Shown piece by piece: positions 50,759 to 64,000 of a stretch of 64,000 nucleotides of DNA. The position numbers and the translations under genes are program-made. The stretch's first letter is position 1; each line of letters opens with the position of its first letter. The notes beneath the pieces were generated by a model that saw nothing but the letters and a program-made list of their open reading frames with translations, was not told the DNA's origin and did no database searches. The stretch is from Amoebidium appalachense. Lineage: Eukaryota; Protista; Ichthyosporea. The stretch lies in the NCBI GenBank assembly GCA_963693365.1, contig CAVNZM010000003.1, positions 13,235,252 through 13,299,251 of the forward strand, given 5' to 3'.

Positions 50759-50830
50759 ACATGCACACACACCTAAACCGGAGCCACATCTGGTAGTGCT
50801 ACCCCCTGCCACCCCTCTCCCTCCCCCCCC

Positions 50831-50956
50831 CTCCCTCCCTCCCTCCCTCCCTCCCTCCCTCCCTCCCTCCCTCCCTCCCTCCCTCCCTCCCTCCCTCCCT
50901 CCCTCCCTCCCTCCCTCCCTCCCTCCCTCCCTCCCTCCCTCCCTCCCTCCCTCCCT
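50831..50956. repeat. (CCCT)n microsatellite
   Basis: Direct inspection. Confidence 0.95.
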
Positions 50957-51089
50957 CACCGAGTTCCCCTCCTCCACCCCCTCCCTCCCCCACCCATCCA
51001 ATGACACCTCTCGGCCCCTTTCCTTTTTTCTTTGACCATGGTACGGTGTTGCTGGTCCGGCCGGGTTGAGATGGCATGTGTGCATGTAT

Positions 51090-51120
<31 letters not shown>

Positions 51121-52667
51121 GGGGGGGGGGACGGTAATTACGGGGCAGAAGGCTCTAAATTGCCTCCCCGTTCTCCCCCTCCTTCGCTCCCGGCCCGATC
51201 CCCCTTTCCCCCCCCCCGGGGGCCCCCTTCTCCCCTACTATCCTCCCTTCCCCCCCCCCCCCCCCCTCCCCCCCTTCCCGGCCACCCCGCTAGAGCCAAC
51301 CCCCCCCCCCCCCTCCCCCCCTCCCCCCCTTTCCCCGGGCCCCCTTCCTCCCCTGTCCCAGCAATGATTGACTCCCCCCCCCCCCCCCCCCCCCCCCGCC
51401 TCCACTCCCCCGGGCCTCCTTCCCTTCCCCCATCCCCCCCTCTCCCCCCCCCCCCTCCCCCCCCCCCCCCCCCCCCAGCCCTACGGAATTACAGAAATTA
51501 GCCACCCATGAATGTATCATATACACTTTGTAAGTTAGTAGTACCTCCTGCTACGGTACTGATAATTAAAGTAAAATCAGGGAATTTTTTTTTCTTTTGA
51601 CTGGATTTATTCGACGGAAAGATATGCAAGTATGCACGGCATACTGAGAAGACAATAAAAACTTCACGAGTTATCCAGTAACAAGTGCATACTGAGATAC
51701 CTAAACACTGTGTGAAAATCATATAAATACTCAATGTGACGACCAACAACTCAACAAAAAGTCTGAAGTGTTCACATTGCCAGCTAGTGTAGCAGACACC
51801 CGTAGGGAAAGAGGTAAAACGCGACATAAAAACTCACACCTATCAACATGCTTGCGATTAAAAAATTCAGCACAAAAGTGGCACCAGCGGCGATGAAAAC
51901 AAGAATTACAACGCCACAGGGAAAATTGAATACAGCGCGCTGTGTGAGCGCCCCTCCACGTGCACGGTAAGTTGTGTCTTATCATTAACATCTTGGCCTT
52001 GGGTGAACCGCCACCACATAAATACCTACTATAGCTGTGAAAGTCAGTGACTCAAAGCCGCTACCAGAGCCATGCAACTATTACTATAATACTTCCCCAC
52101 ACCTTCCCCTAGTTAGGCAACTACGTAGTCACTCAGTAACCGTGAATGCTCAACTAGTGTTTCTTCGAAAACAAAGAATCTGATACTAAAAAGGAACAGA
52201 CAGGGCATCATAGGGCTCCATTGAGCCCCCGTGCATGCACGTTATTTTACTTTTTTTATTTTATTTTTATGTCACAAAGTTACAGAGAAAACCGAGCTGA
52301 ATTGATGATATTAATATTAGTTGCATTCATGTGCCATTCTGTGGATCTCCTATAGGAGGATGTTCAAGAATATCTGCACAGTTACAGAAAAATATTAGAT
52401 ACACAGGAAAAAGTTCTATCTAGTTCTGTGATATTTCACTCGTGCATATACCTGCATGCAAATAGTACATTCGATCAAAATTTAAAGAAGTGATATGATT
52501 GGTTGTTGGCCTTGATGTACTCTTTCACTAGTAAAACCAATGCAAAAAACTTTAATAATTTAACGAGTTTTTCGTGTTCGTGTACTGGAGTGTTTCATAC
52601 AGTCCTGCATGAGACTCTCTACTACAAAAAGGGTAAAGGTGTGTACGGTGTGTGCGTGTGCGTGCGT

Positions 52668-52740
<73 letters not shown>

Positions 52741-53176
52741 TGTGCGCGCGTGCACATCAAGTTGCGCGCATTCAGCAGGCGTGTGCGTGTGTGCCCGTGC
52801 CTGCACGTGTCCGTTTTAAAAAACGTGTGGTGTGTGTGTGTGTGCGTGGTTCATGTTGTCCCCTGCCCGTCATTGTGCCCCCTAGCTAAACTGTGCATAT
52901 AGCCTACCTTTATTACTACACTCTCATGGTCTCATGCTAAAAAAAATGCATTACTGATAAATATACCTCATTATTGTCTTAATTATTTGAATTCAATATC
53001 ATTATCCCATTCAATTAACCGTATTCTACATATGTACATATGCATACAGACAAGCATAGCACTATATTTAGCTTCTACTTCCGGCTTCATTTGCACACAT
53101 ACACACAACCAACATGTGCACGCGCAGACACATTTAGTTATATACATATGTAAGGAACACACACACACACACACAT

Positions 53177-53213
<37 letters not shown>

Positions 53214-53399
53214 GCACACAAATACACACACACATCCGCACACGCAACCTCTTCCCCCCCCCCCCTCCCCCCCCTCCACCCTAACTCCCCCCCCCCCCCC
53301 CAAAAAAAAAAAAACAAACAAAAAAAAAAACATAAATAAACGGCTGACCACTAACAATCCAATCCAGCAACATTCGACATCATTCCGCATCCTTCCACC

Positions 53400-55017
53400 T
53401 CATTCCGCACGCAATCTCTTCCGTCCACTCTCATCGCCCGTCTTTCTCGACCACACCTTCACCATCCCATCCGCACCCACGGCCACCACATTTGTCCCCG
53501 CATGGTTATACCGCACGCGCCAACCAATCCACACCACCCAACCACAACGTAACCCGCTCCGCCACTTCAACCGTGTTGTTCGCCGAAAAAACCAACCGAA
53601 AAACTTGGAAACCTGCCCTGGTGTATTTCGCAATGACATTGCGGCTGAGCCACACCAACCCATCGCTCATGTTTTCCAGGGAAGCCATTTCCGCATCGGA
53701 TTGACGGCACATTTCTAAAGCACGGAGACGCTGGCGAGACATTATCTTTTTCCCGTTCACATCCCACGTGCCAATCCAACTCCGTCGAACGAGTAAACTG
53801 CCGTTCGAGCCGCGCAAGGCAGCCCCTTCCCACACCGCACGTACGACCCCATCGTTCATGCACGCCGCCAAATGCGTTACGTACGCGATATCAGAAATAT
53901 CAGCGTCCTGTATTCCCTCACACACAACGAATTTGACGGTTGCCGCATTGACGATGCACAATAACGGTCCGTCGCACAGAAGAAACGTGTCAGGAAAGAG
54001 GGTGGAAACGATAGAGGCGTGCCTGACCGAAAAAACGTTGTAGTGATAGAAATCGGCACTGAGTGGTTTCAACCACAATTGCTTGCCGGATAACAAATTA
54101 TGAGCGGCCATGAACATTTTCATGATCTCCGTCTGAAAACTTGACCACAACATAACCAAGAACCGGCCATCCACCACAAGGAACATTTGTAGCAGGAGCG
54201 CATCGTGTGGGACGTTTTCGAGCGTGTATGCCCTCAGCATGGACCCAATCTTTCCTTGGTAAAGCACAACCCCGAGGTTATCCTTTTTTTGACCGGGCCG
54301 CCACATAATCGCCCCGTAGCGACCAACATGTCAAGCGTCCGTATGTTGCGTGTGTGCGCTTCAAACTCATCATCTTTGCTCCCGTAGATACATCCCACAA
54401 CTGGACATGATCCCTCTTTGTCGCTGTCCTCGAATCTGTTAGCACCAGGCTTGAGGAAACAGCAACCTTGAGCGTAGAATCGTTTTTGTAGACACCGTCG
54501 AGCACGATGCACCCCAAATCGTTACGCAGAACCTCCATTGCAACCACTGCCGTTTCCTCCGCCTACGGCAGCGCGAAAAAGTCAAACTCTGCCCGAACAC
54601 GCTCCAGCAACAGATCAGTGAACCGCAACCGGAGGAAGGTTAACGGCCATCGTCCCCCGTTATGCAAATAGTCAAGGACGTATGCAAACAGCTCGGGGGA
54701 GCAATCGATGAATATGGTGCCGTCGGGGCTTGTTCGGATGGTGTGGTGACCGCTGAACCATGCGGCTTACATGGAATCTGGCGCGGCACAGAGTATTTTC
54801 CTTGTGGTGGTAAAGTGGCGGCCACCCACCTCAAGAACGATGCGGTCTTCTCCCTGTGCCTTGAGGGCGCGCACAGACTGGCACTCGGCTACGAAGAGCT
54901 GTCTGTGAAATGAATGTGTGAATGTTAGTAAAGAAGGTGGAGCGTTTACCAAAGAGGCTTTTAGGTGTTTATATGGAAGCATGCAAACACGCGCAAATAC
55001 ACGCACACGCACACATA

Positions 55018-55116
<99 letters not shown>

Positions 55117-55466
55117 CCTTTAAAAAAAACACGCGCGCGCACACGCTGTTACCCCTCCCCCCCAAACACACACGCACACACACGCGCAAACACACACACA
55201 CACACACTTCCATACCCCCCCAAATCCACCACCACCACACACACACACACACACACACAAACCCACACACAAACGTACATGCACACACACCTCTCCTTCT
55301 CCAGCTCCGCTCTATCCCGAGCCAGTTCTTCCTCCCGTGCATCCACTGCCTTTGCCCTTTCTTCCAGCTGGCGGGCAGCCTTTCCCAGTCCTTTCATTAC
55401 CCGTAAAAGACGCTCGCCCTCCGCCTCCAGCGAACCACACTCCACAACCAACTCGCGTATGTCCAT
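53400..55466 (-). pseudogene. Disrupted gene: coiled coil + KCTD/T1-type BTB + WD40-like C-terminus
   Basis: Exon 55466-55291 splices to 54902. IVLEVGGRHFTTTRKIL...DSM*AAWFSG...IFIDCSPELFAYVLDYL...EFDFFALP* has in-frame stops at 54767-54769 and 54563-54565; further frameshifts near 54285 and ~53520. WD-like VQLWD and DGMVKVWS. Confidence 0.8.
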
Positions 55467-55816
55467 GTTGGATGCTCTGGCAACATCCAATGCTCATGCT
55501 TAGGCAGAAGAAAAGGGAGGAAATTTTGTCTAAATGTTGTCTAAACAGCAAGATGTTGGTTGCTTATATGGAAGCTACACCATCAACGGGCGGAATAAAA
55601 GTTCAATCGTTCATGTTGTGATGATCATGCTTATGATTTTCGCATGTGCAAGGTTATGTTTCTTATGTTTCACACTCAAGTCACAAAAAATTCACAAAGG
55701 AGCATATATGGCGAGCGCATTGATTGGTTTGCACAACTACATGTTAGCCAATTAATCAATAATATAACCATATATGACTATTACTGGGCAACGTTGGGAA
55801 TCCGTTGACTGAGCCG

Positions 55817-56134
55817 TAGGGGTGTCGCGACTTGACTTCAAATCGCGACTTGAAGTCACCAAGCACCTGACTTCAACCAAGTTAAGTCAAGCCATGAGGC
55901 CGGAAATAGTAGTGACTTGAAGGGCGGAGGGGGGCTTGGGGCGGGGAAGCATAGGAGGGTAGGTGGAAGGGGGGGCGCAATGCCCGCCCGTGGCCCATTC
56001 GGCCAGATGATCATGAGTTACTAAAAATAATCTTCTTCCAATTCGCGACTTTGAAGTCAAGTCAAGTCATCCAACCCAGCAAACAATTATAATTATAAGT
56101 CAAGTGAAGTCGTTGAGGCTCTGCCACACCCCCA
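55817..56134. mobile_element. Possible hAT-like MITE remnant with GACTT/AAGTC subterminal motifs
   Basis: Starts TAGGGGTGTCGCGACTTGACTTCAA; the right part has TTGAAGTCAAGTC and ...ACACCCC. No target-site duplication (TSD) seen. Confidence 0.5.
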
Positions 56135-56779
56135 GGGCTGCAGTGAGCCAGCCCGCCGCCCGCAACTTCCGAACCAACAAAAAAAAAATAAAACAGCAGA
56201 CGAAGGAATGATTGACGTTTGATTGAACATCTTGGCTTGAGGGTCTAAGGTTGCAAGGGCGACCTTCTTTATTTCCTCGTGAATAACCACTCTCATTCAA
56301 GATTAGTCATTCTTTTCTCCGCGTCACCCCTCAACACACAGACACACACACACACAATCCCTCCCCTCTCCTCCACTCTCTCTCCCGCTCCCTCTGTCTC
56401 CCCAGCTCCCCCTCTATTGATCTCCCCCCTCTCCCTCCCCCCCCCCCCCCCCCCCTCCCCCCCACGGACCCCCGCCCCCTTCTCTCTCCGCCCTCACTCA
56501 CATGTCACACCATCACAGCTCATTCTCTCTGCTATTTCTCCTTGCAGCATTCATACCTCACTCTTTTCAGTCCCTGTGCTGGCTGCTACATCATCACCCC
56601 TGAACGCACCTGCACAGGAGCTACTTTAACCATAATCCATCACGAGGATAAGCGCATCTGCAATTTTCACGGCCATTCGGATAGATAGTGGTCTCCACGT
56701 CATTACACATAACACCCACTGGTGTTAACAGCCACATAAATATATACCCGATTCGAAAAACATCACTTCCAATCACAAC

Positions 56780-63980
<7,201 letters not shown>

Positions 63981-64000
63981 AGGAATCCGATTGCCTAATT

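Noticed and set aside
54563-54769. Stop-codon reassignment or readthrough in the KCTD gene
   Set aside because: Neighbouring intact genes end in TAA/TAG and have no internal stops; the same gene also has frameshifts, so decay is the simpler explanation.

Overview
Eukaryotic, intron-dense genomic DNA. The organism may be a unicellular opisthokont, but this is only an inference from gene style. Nearly all entries in the ORF track are artefacts of poly-C/G and (CA/TG)n tracts. From left to right I could reconstruct: (1) a near-complete minus-strand tyrosine-recombinase retrotransposon with Ngaro/PAT-type split direct repeats (A1-gag-RT/RNaseH-YR-B1-A2-B2); (2) simple-repeat DNA and an AT-rich, motif-rich segment next to a relic CCHC zinc knuckle; (3) HIBADH (10 exons, +); (4) an S28 prolylcarboxypeptidase-like gene (7 exons, +, one GC-AG intron); (5) PSAT (10 exons, -) arranged head-to-head with PHGDH (14 coding exons, +), i.e. 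consecutive steps of phosphorylated serine biosynthesis, with an ATGACTCA site in the shared upstream region; (6) an intronless BTB gene; (7) a KCTD-type BTB/WD-like pseudogene; (8) a membrane J-domain gene that runs off the window. Three patterns are not explained by the gene list. A family of short, 5'-variable, poly-C-embedded intronic elements is always in sense with the host gene. Introns often have poly-C just after the donor and (CA)n just before the acceptor. Diverged 'echo' copies of splice junctions occur inside many introns. Exon coordinates were derived by hand from reading-frame continuity and GT/GC-AG sites; no database searches were run.
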